Positions 42,975 through 54,695 of a stretch of DNA of 64,000 nucleotides are shown one piece after another (positions within the stretch are counted from its first letter, which is position 1; each line of letters begins with the position of its first letter). Both the position numbers and the translations under genes were made by a program. The notes beneath the pieces are model-generated. The model saw nothing but the letters and a program-made list of their open reading frames with translations, was not told the origin of the DNA and did no database searches. Source of the DNA: an uncultured Hyphomicrobiales bacterium (lineage in GTDB: Bacteria > Pseudomonadota > Alphaproteobacteria > Rhizobiales > Beijerinckiaceae). The stretch covers positions 1,367 to 65,366 of the forward strand of contig CAISJZ010000220.1 in assembly GCA_903885755.1 (NCBI GenBank), written 5' to 3'.

Positions 42975-44243
42975 TCAGGTATTCATGGATTCGAAGAAAG
43001 TTGTGTTTCCCTTGGGTGTTTCGCGAAGTTTTCCCAACAGGAATTCGATAGCGTCCACTGTTCCCATGGGGTTGAGGATTCGCCTGAGGACATACATTTT
43101 CTTGAGGACATCCGGAGGAACAAGCAGCTCCTCTTTTCGGGTGCCCGAACGGGTAATATCGATCGACGGAAAGACGCGCTTGTCCGCGACCTTACGGTCG
43201 AGAATGATTTCAGAATTACCGGTTCCCTTGAACTCCTCGAAGATGACTTCATCCATGCGAGAACCAGTATCGATCAACGCGGTCGCGATAATCGTCAACG
43301 ACCCGCCTTCCTCGATATTCCGGGCGGCGCCGAAAAATCGTTTTGGCCTCTGCAGTGCATTTGCGTCGACGCCGCCTGTAAGCACCTTTCCCGAGGACGG
43401 CACGACCGTGTTGTACGCACGGCCGAGACGCGTGATGGAATCCAGGAGGATGACCACATCCCGGCCATGTTCAACCAGCCGTTTCGCCTTTTCTATCACC
43501 ATTTCGGCGACCTGCACATGTCGAACAGCCGGCTCATCAAATGTTGATGAAACCACTTCGCCCCGAACGGACCGTTGCATGTCGGTTACTTCCTCGGGGC
43601 GTTCATCGATTAGAAGGACGATCAGGTAACATTCAGGGTGATTGACGGTGATTGACTGGGCGATGTTTTGTAGCAAAACCGTCTTGCCGGTCCGTGGTGG
43701 TGCCACAATCAGAGCACGCTGACCCTTGCCAATCGGAGCGACGATGTCGATCACTCTCGACGAAAAGTCTTTTCGTGTAGGATCTTCGATTTCAAGCTTA
43801 AGCCGCTCGTCGGGATACAGAGGGGTTAAATTGTCGAAGTGGACCTTGTGTCGGACCTTTTCCGGGTCTTCGAAATTGATCGTATTCACTTTCAGAAGGG
43901 CAAAATAACGTTCGCCTTCCTTGGGGCTGCGAATGAGGCCTTCGACGGTATCGCCAGTTCGGAGTCCGAACCGTCGAATTTGCGAAGGAGATACGTAGAT
44001 ATCGTCCGGTCCTGCGAGATAATTGGCGTCCGGAGACCGCAAAAATCCAAACCCATCCTGAAGAACCTCGACAACGCCTTCTCCGACGATCTCAATGTCG
44101 CGACTGGCCAATTGCTTCAGAATTGCAAACATAAGTTCCTGTTTGCGCATGATGGAAGCGTTTTCAACCTCATGCGTTTCCGCAAAGGCCAACAGCTCGG
44201 TCGGCGACTTCTGTTTGAGATCCTGAAGTTTAATTTCGCTCAT
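42975..44243 (-). CDS. rho: Transcription termination factor Rho
   Basis: [55 protein letters not shown]. Confidence 0.98.
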   Translation of the reverse strand: MSEIKLQDLKQKSPTELLAFAETHEVENASIMRKQELMFAILKQLASRDIEIVGEGVVEVLQDGFGFLRSPDANYLAGPDDIYVSPSQIRRFGLRTGDTVEGLIRSPKEGERYFALLKVNTINFEDPEKVRHKVHFDNLTPLYPDERLKLEIEDPTRKDFSSRVIDIVAPIGKGQRALIVAPPRTGKTVLLQNIAQSITVNHPECYLIVLLIDERPEEVTDMQRSVRGEVVSSTFDEPAVRHVQVAEMVIEKAKRLVEHGRDVVILLDSITRLGRAYNTVVPSSGKVLTGGVDANALQRPKRFFGAARNIEEGGSLTIIATALIDTGSRMDEVIFEEFKGTGNSEIILDRKVADKRVFPSIDITRSGTRKEELLVPPDVLKKMYVLRRILNPMGTVDAIEFLLGKLRETPKGNTTFFESMNT

Positions 44244-44439
44244 GGATTTGAACCTGGGGGGCTCGGCGGTCTAATACCGGAGAGCGCGAGTAGTGAGGTG
44301 GGGAAAGCGGGCGCCGTGAACGGACGTCACCGAGTTGGGAAGGCCTGTCCGCATAGATTGCTTTGTCGATCAGATCAACAGGAAAATACCTTGGCCTAGC
44401 CTATAATGGCGCTTTCGCGTGCGGAACCAAAGGATGGCG

Positions 44440-44765
44440 GTTTGACCAATCGTTCAGCAGATAAAACTAAGATTGTTAGAATCTATTTTTCTTTTTCTTC
44501 TGTACAGGCCATCAATGTGGATATCAATATTCCAACGATTTGATACCCGTTTTAAACAATATCGGCGTACATCGGAGTTTTTCAATAACTTTGTGAATAA
44601 AGAAAAAAGCTATGATAAACAGTACGGTAACGCATCAGATTTCTATATCCGTCTGGATATTTCCCCAGACCGCCGGAGTTGTACCCAGTGGCGCCCACAA
44701 GGTGCCCAGTGTTTTGGAACCATCATGAAAATGCTCGTCGATTCACAGGGGAAACTGGCGTAGGA
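44440..44765. other. Probable chromosomal replication origin (oriC)
   Basis: AT-rich gap (lines 44461-44520 and 44581-44640 each have 18/60 G+C). DnaA-box-like TGTGGATAT (44516-44524), TGTGAATAA (44592-44600) and CGATTCACA (44739-44747); GANTC sites at 44479 and 44740; gene orientation diverges here; parS sites lie 3-5 kb away. Confidence 0.75.
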
Positions 44766-44796
44766 GGTTTTGTCCCCACTGACCCGAGATAGCCAA

Positions 44797-45630
44797 ATGA
44801 CCCGAAACTACTTTCATCTCCATCTCGTGTCGGACGCCACTGGCGAGACTTTGATCGCGGTCAGTCGCGCCGTGGCCGCCCAATATCAGGGCGTTGCATC
44901 GATCGAACATGTTTATCCATTTGTTCGATCAATGGCGCAACTTGATCGCGCGATCGCGGAAATTGAAGCTGCCCCAGGGATTGTTCTTTACACCTTGGTT
45001 GATATTGAGCTGACCACACGGCTGGAGACAGCTTGCCGGGACATGGGAAGTCCGTGTTTATCTGTTTTGCAGCCGATCTTCAGCCTTTTTCAAGCCTATC
45101 TGGGTACGGCGTCGACCTCGCGACCGGGCGCTCAGCACATGCTGAACGCCGACTACTTCAAGCGTATCGACGCATTGAACTTCACAATGCTGCATGACGA
45201 CGGACAGCAGCCTGAAAACCTCGGCCAGGCCGATGTAGTATTGCTTGGCGTCAGTAGAACCTCAAAAACGCCGACCAGCATTTACCTCGCGAACCGAGGC
45301 ATCAAAACAGCCAACGTTCCACTGGTGCCAAATGTGCCGCCGCCGGACGCCATACAAAACCTGAACGGGCCGTTGGTTGTTGGATTGGTAGCTTCGGCCG
45401 AGCGAATTGTTCAAATCAGGCAAAACAGGCTGTTGGCGTTAAACGCAGATCAAGAGACAGCCTATGTCGATCGCATGTCCGTCGCGGAGGAAGTCGCTCA
45501 CTCCCGCCGGCTTTTCGCCCAGCACGGATGGCCGATCATCGATGTCACGCGGCGCTCAATCGAGGAAACCGCTGCCGCGATCATCGATCTTTACAAGGAA
45601 CATAAGGTAAAATTCATAGCGCAATCATGA
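44797..45630 (+). CDS. Kinase/pyrophosphorylase (PEP synthase/PPDK regulatory protein, DUF299)
   Basis: [19 protein letters not shown]...[25 protein letters not shown]. An alternative TTG start lies at 44770. Confidence 0.92.
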   Translation: MTRNYFHLHLVSDATGETLIAVSRAVAAQYQGVASIEHVYPFVRSMAQLDRAIAEIEAAPGIVLYTLVDIELTTRLETACRDMGSPCLSVLQPIFSLFQAYLGTASTSRPGAQHMLNADYFKRIDALNFTMLHDDGQQPENLGQADVVLLGVSRTSKTPTSIYLANRGIKTANVPLVPNVPPPDAIQNLNGPLVVGLVASAERIVQIRQNRLLALNADQETAYVDRMSVAEEVAHSRRLFAQHGWPIIDVTRRSIEETAAAIIDLYKEHKVKFIAQS

Positions 45631-46259
45631 CGATATCGCCGAAACGAAGTTTCTGGCTGCATCGCGATCCCCTTGTCCTCGCCTCGGGTAGCGAAACGCG
45701 GCGAAAGCTATTGCAAACATGTGGAATACCGTTCGAGGCGATCGCGCCGACGATCGACGAACGCGCGGTCGAAAAGCCGATGGTTGACGCCGGCGCCAAC
45801 GCGGCCGATGTCGCGTTGGGATTGGCGCGGGCCAAGGCGAGAGACGTGTCGCGAGCATTTTCGGGGCGCATTGTGCTGGGGTCGGACCAGACTTTATCCC
45901 TTGGAACCGAACGCTTTTCGAAACCGGTCGATCGGGCTGCCGCCGTGAAGCAGCTCGGGGCTCTGGCGGGCAAGACACATTCTCTTTATACGGCGGCCGC
46001 GCTTATGCTCGACGGGGCCGCCATATTTGAAACAATTGACACCGCCCGGCTCTCAATGCGTGATCTGAGCATCCCGTTCATTGACCGTTACCTCGACCTA
46101 TGCGGTAGCTCAGCCTTGAGTTCGGTCGGTGGATATCAAGTCGAGGGGATGGGGGTTCATCTCTTCGGAAAAATAGACGGTGACTTTTCCACGATCATGG
46201 GCCTGCCGCTGATGCCCATTTTGGCCTTTTTCCGGCGGGGTGGCTATATTCTGAGTTAG
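45627..46259 (+). CDS. maf: Maf family nucleotide pyrophosphatase
   Basis: LVLAS.S..R..LL, IDER, AKA, GSDQ, SVGGY..EG, I.GLPL. Confidence 0.92.
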   Translation: MTISPKRSFWLHRDPLVLASGSETRRKLLQTCGIPFEAIAPTIDERAVEKPMVDAGANAADVALGLARAKARDVSRAFSGRIVLGSDQTLSLGTERFSKPVDRAAAVKQLGALAGKTHSLYTAAALMLDGAAIFETIDTARLSMRDLSIPFIDRYLDLCGSSALSSVGGYQVEGMGVHLFGKIDGDFSTIMGLPLMPILAFFRRGGYILS

Positions 46260-46287
46260 ATTCTCCATTGGGTATGGAAGGGAGAGC

Positions 46288-46881
46288 GTGTTTATTCTCG
46301 GCCTTACCGGATCAATAGGAATGGGCAAATCGACGACGGCAAAGCTTTTCGCTGAGGCGGGGATTGCTGTTCACGATTCGGATATGGCTGTCCATGATCT
46401 CTATTCGGGCTCGGGAGCCTCACTGATCGAGAAAGAATTTCCCGGAACCATCGTCAACGGAAAAGTTGATAGAGCCGAGCTCTCGGGCCGAGTTATAAAT
46501 GACCCCCGGGCGATGGCGCGTCTCGAGGCGATCGTTCATCCCCACGTCGCCCAAGCCCGTGAAAAATTTCTCCGCGATGCTCGTGATCGCGGCGACCTGA
46601 TCGTGGTCCTTGATATTCCATTGCTGTATGAGATTGGCGGCGACAGAGATGTTGATGCGATCGTGGTGGTCACGGCTCCCGACGCAATCCAGAAAGAACG
46701 TGTGCTTGCACGCCCGGGAATGACCGAGGAAAAATACGAACGCATTCTCGCCAGACAGATTCCGGATTCTGAAAAGCGCGCCCGCGCGCATTTTCTTGTT
46801 ACAACCGACAAGGGGATTGAAAGCGCGCGTCGCCAGGTTGAATCAGTTCTAAGGGCGATTTCGCATGTTCAAAACGAGTGA
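46288..46881 (+). CDS. coaE: Dephospho-CoA kinase
   Basis: LGLTGSIGMGKST, LE.IVHP, DIPLL.E. Confidence 0.95.
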   Translation: MFILGLTGSIGMGKSTTAKLFAEAGIAVHDSDMAVHDLYSGSGASLIEKEFPGTIVNGKVDRAELSGRVINDPRAMARLEAIVHPHVAQAREKFLRDARDRGDLIVVLDIPLLYEIGGDRDVDAIVVVTAPDAIQKERVLARPGMTEEKYERILARQIPDSEKRARAHFLVTTDKGIESARRQVESVLRAISHVQNE

Positions 46882-46895
46882 TAACAGTAAGTGAA

Positions 46896-47585
46896 ATGAG
46901 GGAAATTATTCTTGACACCGAAACAACCGGCCTTGATCCGGCGAGCGGGCATCGGCTTGTGGAAATCGCTTGTGTCGAGGTGCTTAATTTGGTTCCAACA
47001 GGCCGATTTTTTCATTCATATATTGATCCCAAGCGTGATGTCCCCGAGGAAGCCTTCCGGGTTCATGGGCTCTCCGCCGAATTCCTCGCGGGGAAACCTT
47101 TGTTTGGCGACATCTGTCAGGAGTTTCTCGATTTTGCCGAAGATTCTCGCTTTGTAATTCACAATGCCGAATTCGACATGAAATTCATCAATCACGAACT
47201 TCAGCAAATTCATAGGCCGACCTTATCAATGGATCGGGTTTTCGACACCCTGGCATTCGCGCGCAAGAAACATCCCGGCGCGTCAAATTCCCTGGATGCC
47301 CTTTGCACGCGCTATCGTATCGATAACTCAAAACGATCGAAGCACGGAGCATTGCTCGACGCGGAAATTCTGGCGGAGCTTTACACGGAACTGATGGGTG
47401 GCCGTCAGACAGCCCTAGTGCTGTCCACGCAAACGAAAAAGGTTGCAAAGGCCTCTGTACAAACCGTATCCCCGCGGTCCACTCCGTTGGAGCCACGCCT
47501 GGGCCAAGATGAAGCCGTTGCTCATGACAAATTTAGAGTTACGCTCGGCGATGCCCCACTCTGGAAGCATTATATCGCCGAGTAA
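46896..47585 (+). CDS. dnaQ: DNA polymerase III epsilon subunit
   Basis: LDTETTG, HNAEFD, HGALLDA and clamp-binding QTAL.L. Confidence 0.95.
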   Translation: MREIILDTETTGLDPASGHRLVEIACVEVLNLVPTGRFFHSYIDPKRDVPEEAFRVHGLSAEFLAGKPLFGDICQEFLDFAEDSRFVIHNAEFDMKFINHELQQIHRPTLSMDRVFDTLAFARKKHPGASNSLDALCTRYRIDNSKRSKHGALLDAEILAELYTELMGGRQTALVLSTQTKKVAKASVQTVSPRSTPLEPRLGQDEAVAHDKFRVTLGDAPLWKHYIAE

Positions 47586-47605
47586 CCAAGTTTCACTGAA
47601 TTCAG

Positions 47606-48085
47606 TCAGGATGGAACGACATTGGCTTGCTGCTGCGCTTCGGCGAGACGCTGGCGATATAGCGCCGCGAAGTCGATCGGGTCGATGAACAGCGGCGGAA
47701 AGCCGCCGTTCCGAACCGCGTCCGCAATGATCTGGCGCGCAAATGGAAACAAAAGCCGCGGACATTCGATCATGACGACGGGCTGAAGTTCATTTGCGGG
47801 AATGTTGCGAAGGCGAATGATGCCGGCGTAATCAAGCTCGAACTTGAACAAGGTCAGGTCGCCATTCTGGGCCGAACCTTCCATGACGAGGTTGACTTCG
47901 AATTCGCTTTCGGTGGCTTGCTTCGCATTGACGTTGACCTGAATATTGATGTTCGGGCCTTGCGTCTGTGGGGCCAGAGATCTGGGAGCATGGGGATTTT
48001 CGAAGGAAAAATCCTTGATATATTGGGCGAGAACGTTCAACTGCGGAAGGTCGTCTCCGCTCATACCGTTGCCTTGATCAGCCAT
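47606..48085 (-). CDS. secB: Protein-export chaperone SecB
   Basis: QYIKD.SFENP.AP, IECP.LLFPFAR, GGFPPL..DPIDF.ALY; ATG at 48085 with GGAG RBS. Confidence 0.95.
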   Translation of the reverse strand: MADQGNGMSGDDLPQLNVLAQYIKDFSFENPHAPRSLAPQTQGPNINIQVNVNAKQATESEFEVNLVMEGSAQNGDLTLFKFELDYAGIIRLRNIPANELQPVVMIECPRLLFPFARQIIADAVRNGGFPPLFIDPIDFAALYRQRLAEAQQQANVVPS

Positions 48086-48268
48086 CTCTCGTCTCCAGAA
48101 TATCCGTCCTGAACGCGAAAATCGAGAATACACGCGCCTCGCGATCTGTCGTGGTTGCGGTAACATGGGGTCGGGTTGAGTTCAAGCCGCGGGGCGGCCG
48201 GCTGAAGTCGCTAGGTCGATGCGTGAGGGCGACAGCGGGATTTGGCATTAAACGGCAGTTGGATTCGT

Positions 48269-49624
48269 ATGGCTCGAGATAAGGAGGCGGATCGCTTTTC
48301 CGCGCGGGCGGCCCGATATGCAAGGGTGGGCCTGAATATGAGTGGTCTCGCCGCTCGACTCGCTGCCGCGAAACTGAACGGCGGCGGTCTACGAGGCGTT
48401 GATAACGCGATGGCGCTTTCGCGGGCGCTTGGTTCGCTCAAGGGGCCGATGATGAAGGTCGCCCAGATGATGGCGACAATCCCGGATCTTTTGCCCCCGG
48501 AATACGCCGAAGCGTTGCAGAAGCTTCAAGCTGACGCACCGCCAATGGGCTCGGCGTTTGTCGTCCGCAGAATGCGCGCCGAAATGGGCGATGGTTGGCG
48601 GGATCGATTTGCGAATTTTGATTTGAGACCGGCCGCGGCGGCGTCCCTTGGCCAGGTTCACAGGGCGAGAACGCTGGACGGTCAGGATGTCGCTTGCAAA
48701 TTACAATATCCAGATATGGCCTCGGCGGTTGAAGCCGACCTTGCTCAACTCGATGTTCTGTTTGCGCTGCACCGAAGGATGGACACGGCTATCGACACGA
48801 GGGAAATCGCCGGCGAGATCGGTGAACGCGTGCGGGAAGAACTCGATTATGAGCGAGAGGCAAAGCACGCCGCGCTCTATGCAGCCATGTTGTCCGACGA
48901 CCTGCTGGTACAGGTCCCCGGCGTCCGCTCCGATTTGTCGACCCGGCGATTATTGACGCTTGAATGGTTGGACGGCGAGCGATTGCCCACATTCCAGGGG
49001 GCGCCTCAAGAGACGAGAAACAAAATCGGTCTGGCCATGTATGGCGCATGGTGGGGACCATTCAGCCGCTTCGGCGTGATCCATGGCGATCCTCATCTCG
49101 GCAATTACTCGGTGTTCAATCGCGGGGAGGGTATCAACCTGCTCGACTATGGCTGCGTCCGCATTTTTCCGCCTAGCTTTGTCGGAGGTGTCGTTGATCT
49201 CTATCGTGGGCTTCTGGACAATGATCTGGCGCGTGTCGTCCATGCCTACGAAACCTGGGGCTTCAAGGGCCTGCGGAATGATCTGATTGAAATCCTGAAT
49301 ATCTGGGCTCGTTTCATCTACGGCCCCCTTCTGGAAGATCGGGTCAGGACCATCGCCGATGGAATTGAACCGTCAAAATATGGACGTCGCGAAGCCTATG
49401 CAGTTCACATGGCTCTGAAACAAAAAGGCCCGCTGACCATTCCCAGGGAATTTGTTTTCATGGACCGAGCGGCTATCGGTCTTGGAGCGGCATTTCTGCG
49501 CCTCGACGCCAGGCTGAATTTTCATCGACTCTTCGAGGAAGCGATTGGAGAGGATTTCGCGGTTACGCAGGTCGCGTCGCGGCAACGCAAGGCGCTGGGT
49601 CAGGTCGGGCTGTTGATGAATTGA
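48269..49624 (+). CDS. AarF/ABC1/UbiB atypical kinase family protein
   Basis: LKGP.MKVAQ, AAASLGQVH, VACKLQYP, EELDY..EA, HGDPH.GN, LLDYG. Confidence 0.92.
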   Translation: MARDKEADRFSARAARYARVGLNMSGLAARLAAAKLNGGGLRGVDNAMALSRALGSLKGPMMKVAQMMATIPDLLPPEYAEALQKLQADAPPMGSAFVVRRMRAEMGDGWRDRFANFDLRPAAAASLGQVHRARTLDGQDVACKLQYPDMASAVEADLAQLDVLFALHRRMDTAIDTREIAGEIGERVREELDYEREAKHAALYAAMLSDDLLVQVPGVRSDLSTRRLLTLEWLDGERLPTFQGAPQETRNKIGLAMYGAWWGPFSRFGVIHGDPHLGNYSVFNRGEGINLLDYGCVRIFPPSFVGGVVDLYRGLLDNDLARVVHAYETWGFKGLRNDLIEILNIWARFIYGPLLEDRVRTIADGIEPSKYGRREAYAVHMALKQKGPLTIPREFVFMDRAAIGLGAAFLRLDARLNFHRLFEEAIGEDFAVTQVASRQRKALGQVGLLMN

Positions 49625-49781
49625 GACGGGCCGGTCCCGACGAGTTTAGGGCAAATGAAATTACGCCCTGTCGCGTTGTTTTGGACTGCCCAGGGTGGCT
49701 TGGACCGGCGGTCGACCGGATTGCCGAGTTCGCGGCTTTGCGCTAATCAGGACGTGAAATGTCATTTTCTCGAGGGTTCAC

Positions 49782-49931
49782 ATGACTGACAATCAGGCTG
49801 TCGCGGGCGGGCATCCGGACATGGATTACGCCGAACACGAACGCACCTACGAAGGATTTCTGACGTTCAGCAAATGGGGCGTCATTTTTGTAGTCTTGCT
49901 CCTGATCTTCATGGCCGTGACGCTGTTGTAA
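49782..49931 (+). CDS. aa3-type cytochrome c oxidase subunit IV (49 aa; absent from the ORF track)
   Basis: MTDNQAVAGGHPDMDYAEHERTYEGFLTFSKWGVIFVVLLLIFMAVTLL*. MDY.EHE.TY.GF motif plus one TM helix; GAGGG RBS. Confidence 0.88.
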   Translation: MTDNQAVAGGHPDMDYAEHERTYEGFLTFSKWGVIFVVLLLIFMAVTLL

Positions 49932-50033
49932 CGACAGAATCGCGAAAGCCGAGCCGGGTTGCGGCGTTGGCGATCGCGAGTGGTGAATCGGCGTTACGGC
50001 GTCAGATGATCTGGTTCAGGGGGAGCGAGCCCG

Positions 50034-51173
50034 ATGCGCATTGCAGTGCCGACCGAAACCGCGGCCAACGAAGATCGCGTCGCCGTGTCGCCGGAAACGG
50101 TCAAAAAGCTTGGCGCGCTTGGCGCCGAGGTTGTAATCCAGGCAGGGGCCGGTGTTGCCTCCGGAGTTCCCGATAGCGAGTTCGCGGCCGCGGGCGCGAA
50201 AATCGAGCCCACGGCCGCCGCAACTCTTGCGGCCGCCGATATTGTTCTCGCCGTTCGACGACCCGCGGCGGCGGCATTGGCAGGCGTTTCCAAAGGCGCG
50301 GCGGTCATCTCCATCATGGACCCCTACGGCGCCGACTTGGCGCTCCAGGAGTTGGCGAATACTGGCGTGAGCGCCTTCGCAATGGAGTTGATGCCGCGCA
50401 TTACCCGCGCCCAGGTGATGGACGTTCTGTCCTCCCAGGCCAATCTGGCCGGCTATCGAGCGGTGATCGACGCGGCCGCGGAATACGGTCGCGCCCTTCC
50501 CATGATGATGACGGCTGCGGGCACGGTGCCCGCCGCCAAGATTTTCATCATGGGGGTTGGAGTCGCGGGTCTTCAGGCGATCGCCACGGCGCGCCGGATG
50601 GGCGCGATTGTCACGGCGACAGACGTGCGACCTGCGACCAAGGAGCAGGTTGAGTCCCTTGGCGCGAAATTTCTTGCGGTCGAAGACGAAGAGTTTCAGC
50701 AGGCTCAGACGGCGGGAGGGTACGCCAAGGAAATGTCCAGTGAGTACCAGGCCAAGCAGGCCGCTCTCACAGCCGCCCATATTGCAAAGCAAGACATCGT
50801 CATTTCGACCGCGCTGATACCTGGGCGTCCCGCGCCGAGGTTGATCTCCGCTGAAATGGTAAAATCCATGCGGCCCGGATCGATTATTGTCGATCTCGCG
50901 GTGGAACGAGGCGGCAATTGCGAACTTGCCAGGCCCGGCGAAGTCGCCGTTACGGACAACGGCGTCAAGATTGTTGGCCATCTCAATGTCGCGGGTCGAC
51001 TTGCCGCGACCGCCTCAAGCCTCTATGCCCGCAATCTTCTGGCTTTTGTCGATACGCTAATCGACAAGGAATCCAAAACTTTCGCGCCCAAATGGGACGA
51101 CGAGCTCGTCAAGGCGACGTTGCTCACCAAGGATGGCGCGGTCGTGCACCCGAGTTTTCCGCCAAAGACTTAA
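50034..51173 (+). CDS. pntA: NAD(P) transhydrogenase alpha subunit part 1 (dI)
   Basis: MPRITRAQ.MDVLSSQ, GVGVAGLQAI, GGYAKE, TALIPGRPAP, DLAVE.GGN. Confidence 0.96.
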   Translation: MRIAVPTETAANEDRVAVSPETVKKLGALGAEVVIQAGAGVASGVPDSEFAAAGAKIEPTAAATLAAADIVLAVRRPAAAALAGVSKGAAVISIMDPYGADLALQELANTGVSAFAMELMPRITRAQVMDVLSSQANLAGYRAVIDAAAEYGRALPMMMTAAGTVPAAKIFIMGVGVAGLQAIATARRMGAIVTATDVRPATKEQVESLGAKFLAVEDEEFQQAQTAGGYAKEMSSEYQAKQAALTAAHIAKQDIVISTALIPGRPAPRLISAEMVKSMRPGSIIVDLAVERGGNCELARPGEVAVTDNGVKIVGHLNVAGRLAATASSLYARNLLAFVDTLIDKESKTFAPKWDDELVKATLLTKDGAVVHPSFPPKT

Positions 51174-51232
51174 ACCTGGCGGCCCGGTTTACGATCATCA
51201 TTTGACTAGCCCAACCTGGAGAGGGCGACGAA

Positions 51233-51652
51233 ATGGCCAATGAGGCGACACAGCATTTCATCGAAACGGTCCGAAAGGCCGCGGAGGCTTACAGCGATCA
51301 AGTCGCTGGCGCGGCCGGCGATGTGGCGCACGCGGCGTCTGGTGGCGTGATTGATCCCTTCGTGTTCCGTCTGGCTATTTTCGCGCTTGCGATTTTTGTC
51401 GGCTACTATGTCGTCTGGTCTGTCACGCCCGCGCTCCATACACCTTTGATGTCCGTCACCAATGCGATTTCCTCGGTTATTGTCGTTGGCGCGCTTCTGT
51501 CGGTTGGCGTTGACGCTAGCGCGGCCGACGGCGACGGGCCACTCTGGGCGCGTGTTTTCGGTTTCATCGCGCTGATTCTCGCATCCGTGAATATCTTCGG
51601 CGGCTTCCTTGTGACGGAACGCATGCTGGCCATGTACAAGAAGAAGGGCTGA
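51233..51652 (+). CDS. pntA: NAD(P) transhydrogenase alpha subunit part 2
   Basis: [31 protein letters not shown]. Confidence 0.95.
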   Translation: MANEATQHFIETVRKAAEAYSDQVAGAAGDVAHAASGGVIDPFVFRLAIFALAIFVGYYVVWSVTPALHTPLMSVTNAISSVIVVGALLSVGVDASAADGDGPLWARVFGFIALILASVNIFGGFLVTERMLAMYKKKG

Positions 51653-51656
51653 GCCA

Positions 51657-53057
<1,401 letters not shown>

Positions 53058-53171
53058 GCGGTCAGCCGACTTCTTTGGGCCGCGTCTATTCCGCCATCTG
53101 GGGAATTGGAAAGCCGCGCTTGGGATTTACGCCACGTCTTGCGAAATGAAGACGCCGCCGCGCCTAAAGGC

Positions 53172-54041
53172 TCATGCACGCCCGACGCGATTCTGGCCTT
53201 CCCGGCCGGCGCGATTGTTGGGATCGGCGATCAAGGCTCGGCTATAGGACTCGATCGCCTTGCTTTTGTTGCCCTGCTTCTCGTAGGCAAGGCCGAGCCC
53301 GGCCCAAGCGTCGGCGTTTTTGTTGTCGACATTCAGCGCCGCGTTGAAATCCTCGATCGCCAGATCATACTTGCCGATCGCCGTGAGGCTCTGTCCGCGG
53401 GCGAGGTAGGGAGCCGCCGCGAAGGGATCGCGGTCAATGGCATTGTCGAAATCCGTAATGGCGCGGGCATTGTCGCCATTGCGTTGATAGATCAATCCGC
53501 GGGCGTGAAAGGCCTGTGCCCCTTCGGGATTGAGACGGATCGCCTGATCGAGATCGGCCATCGCCTCCTGTGAACTTCCACGCGTGCGTAAGAGATTTGC
53601 GCGACCGAGATATGCCGGCGCATGATTTGGGTTGGCCGAGATCGCCCGACCAAAATCCGCGAGCGCCGCATCGTTCTGATTAATCTGACGCTCGGCCAAC
53701 GCGCGGTTGGTGAATGCAGATGCATCGCCAGGATTTATTTTAATCGATTGATGAAAATCTGCGATGGCTTCCTGATAACGACCGGCGCGCGCATAAGCAG
53801 CGCCACGCGTGTTATACGCTTGGGCGCTATTCGGATTCCGCTTCACCACATCGCTCAAAGACGCGATATTGTCGGAAAACGAGCCATCGGGGGCCTCGAC
53901 CTCGGCAATCCGCGGACCCCCGGAGGTCATTGCGCCGCCATCCACGGTTCCACAGCCGGCTAGCGCCAGACCGACGGCGACAACACAGCCAAGGAGTCCG
54001 GACCTCGGTCCAAAGTTGGTTTGAGGCAGGATAACGGTCAT
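53172..54041 (-). CDS. Tetratricopeptide-repeat lipoprotein
   Basis: Lipobox LAGC after a hydrophobic stretch; about 7 TPR repeats (AYNTRG.AY.....Y.EAIADF...I...P). Confidence 0.88.
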   Translation of the reverse strand: MTVILPQTNFGPRSGLLGCVVAVGLALAGCGTVDGGAMTSGGPRIAEVEAPDGSFSDNIASLSDVVKRNPNSAQAYNTRGAAYARAGRYQEAIADFHQSIKINPGDASAFTNRALAERQINQNDAALADFGRAISANPNHAPAYLGRANLLRTRGSSQEAMADLDQAIRLNPEGAQAFHARGLIYQRNGDNARAITDFDNAIDRDPFAAAPYLARGQSLTAIGKYDLAIEDFNAALNVDNKNADAWAGLGLAYEKQGNKSKAIESYSRALIADPNNRAGREGQNRVGRA

Positions 54042-54227
54042 TTTTGGCGCATACTCACAAAAGGCGCTGACGCCTCTCGCGGCGCCGTCCAGAAGGCAGG
54101 TTTGGGACTTCCCTAACCGCCGATCCGACCTTAACAAGGGATCAACAAAATATATAGCGATCCATGAACCGATCGTGAAACGCCAGCGGTCCTTTGGACC
54201 CGCGAGGTCAGGCCGTCAATCAGCCGA

Positions 54228-54470
54228 CTAGCGACGAGCGACGATTTCTGGCTTGGGCTTCGTGGGAAGGAGACCTTCCCGTTGCATCTTCTTGCGGGCA
54301 AGCTTGCGAGCCCGGCGGACGGCCTCGGCCTTTTCGCGCGCTCGTTTTTCCGAGGGCTTCTCGTAATGCCCGCGAAGCTTCATCTCGCGAAAAATGCCTT
54401 CACGTTGCATCTTCTTTTTCAGCGCCTTGAGCGCCTGATCGACATTGTTGTCGCGGACGAGAACCTGCAC
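54228..54470 (-). CDS. rpsU: 30S ribosomal protein S21
   Basis: [31 protein letters not shown]...YEKPSE; GTG start. Confidence 0.97.
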   Translation of the reverse strand: MQVLVRDNNVDQALKALKKKMQREGIFREMKLRGHYEKPSEKRAREKAEAVRRARKLARKKMQREGLLPTKPKPEIVARR

Positions 54471-54695
54471 TCGCTGTTCCTTGGGTTAAGGCGCGCGTCC
54501 CGGACGCGCCGCGCCTGATTTTGGAAAAACAAATCCGGGCGCAACCGGAGCGCCAAACCGTGGACGCGGCGGATATCAGAGTCCAGCGTGGTTGTCTAGC
54601 ATTTTTGGCGCTAAAAGGAAGCTTGCGCATTGCCCGATCAGGCGGCTAATCCTGCATTCCTCGCGGTCTGGCGAGGTTGGCGGGCCATTGTCTCC

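Noticed and set aside
44473-44763. 96-aa ORF in the AT-rich gap
   Set aside because: Atypical composition, TTG start and no motif; it coincides with the probable oriC.
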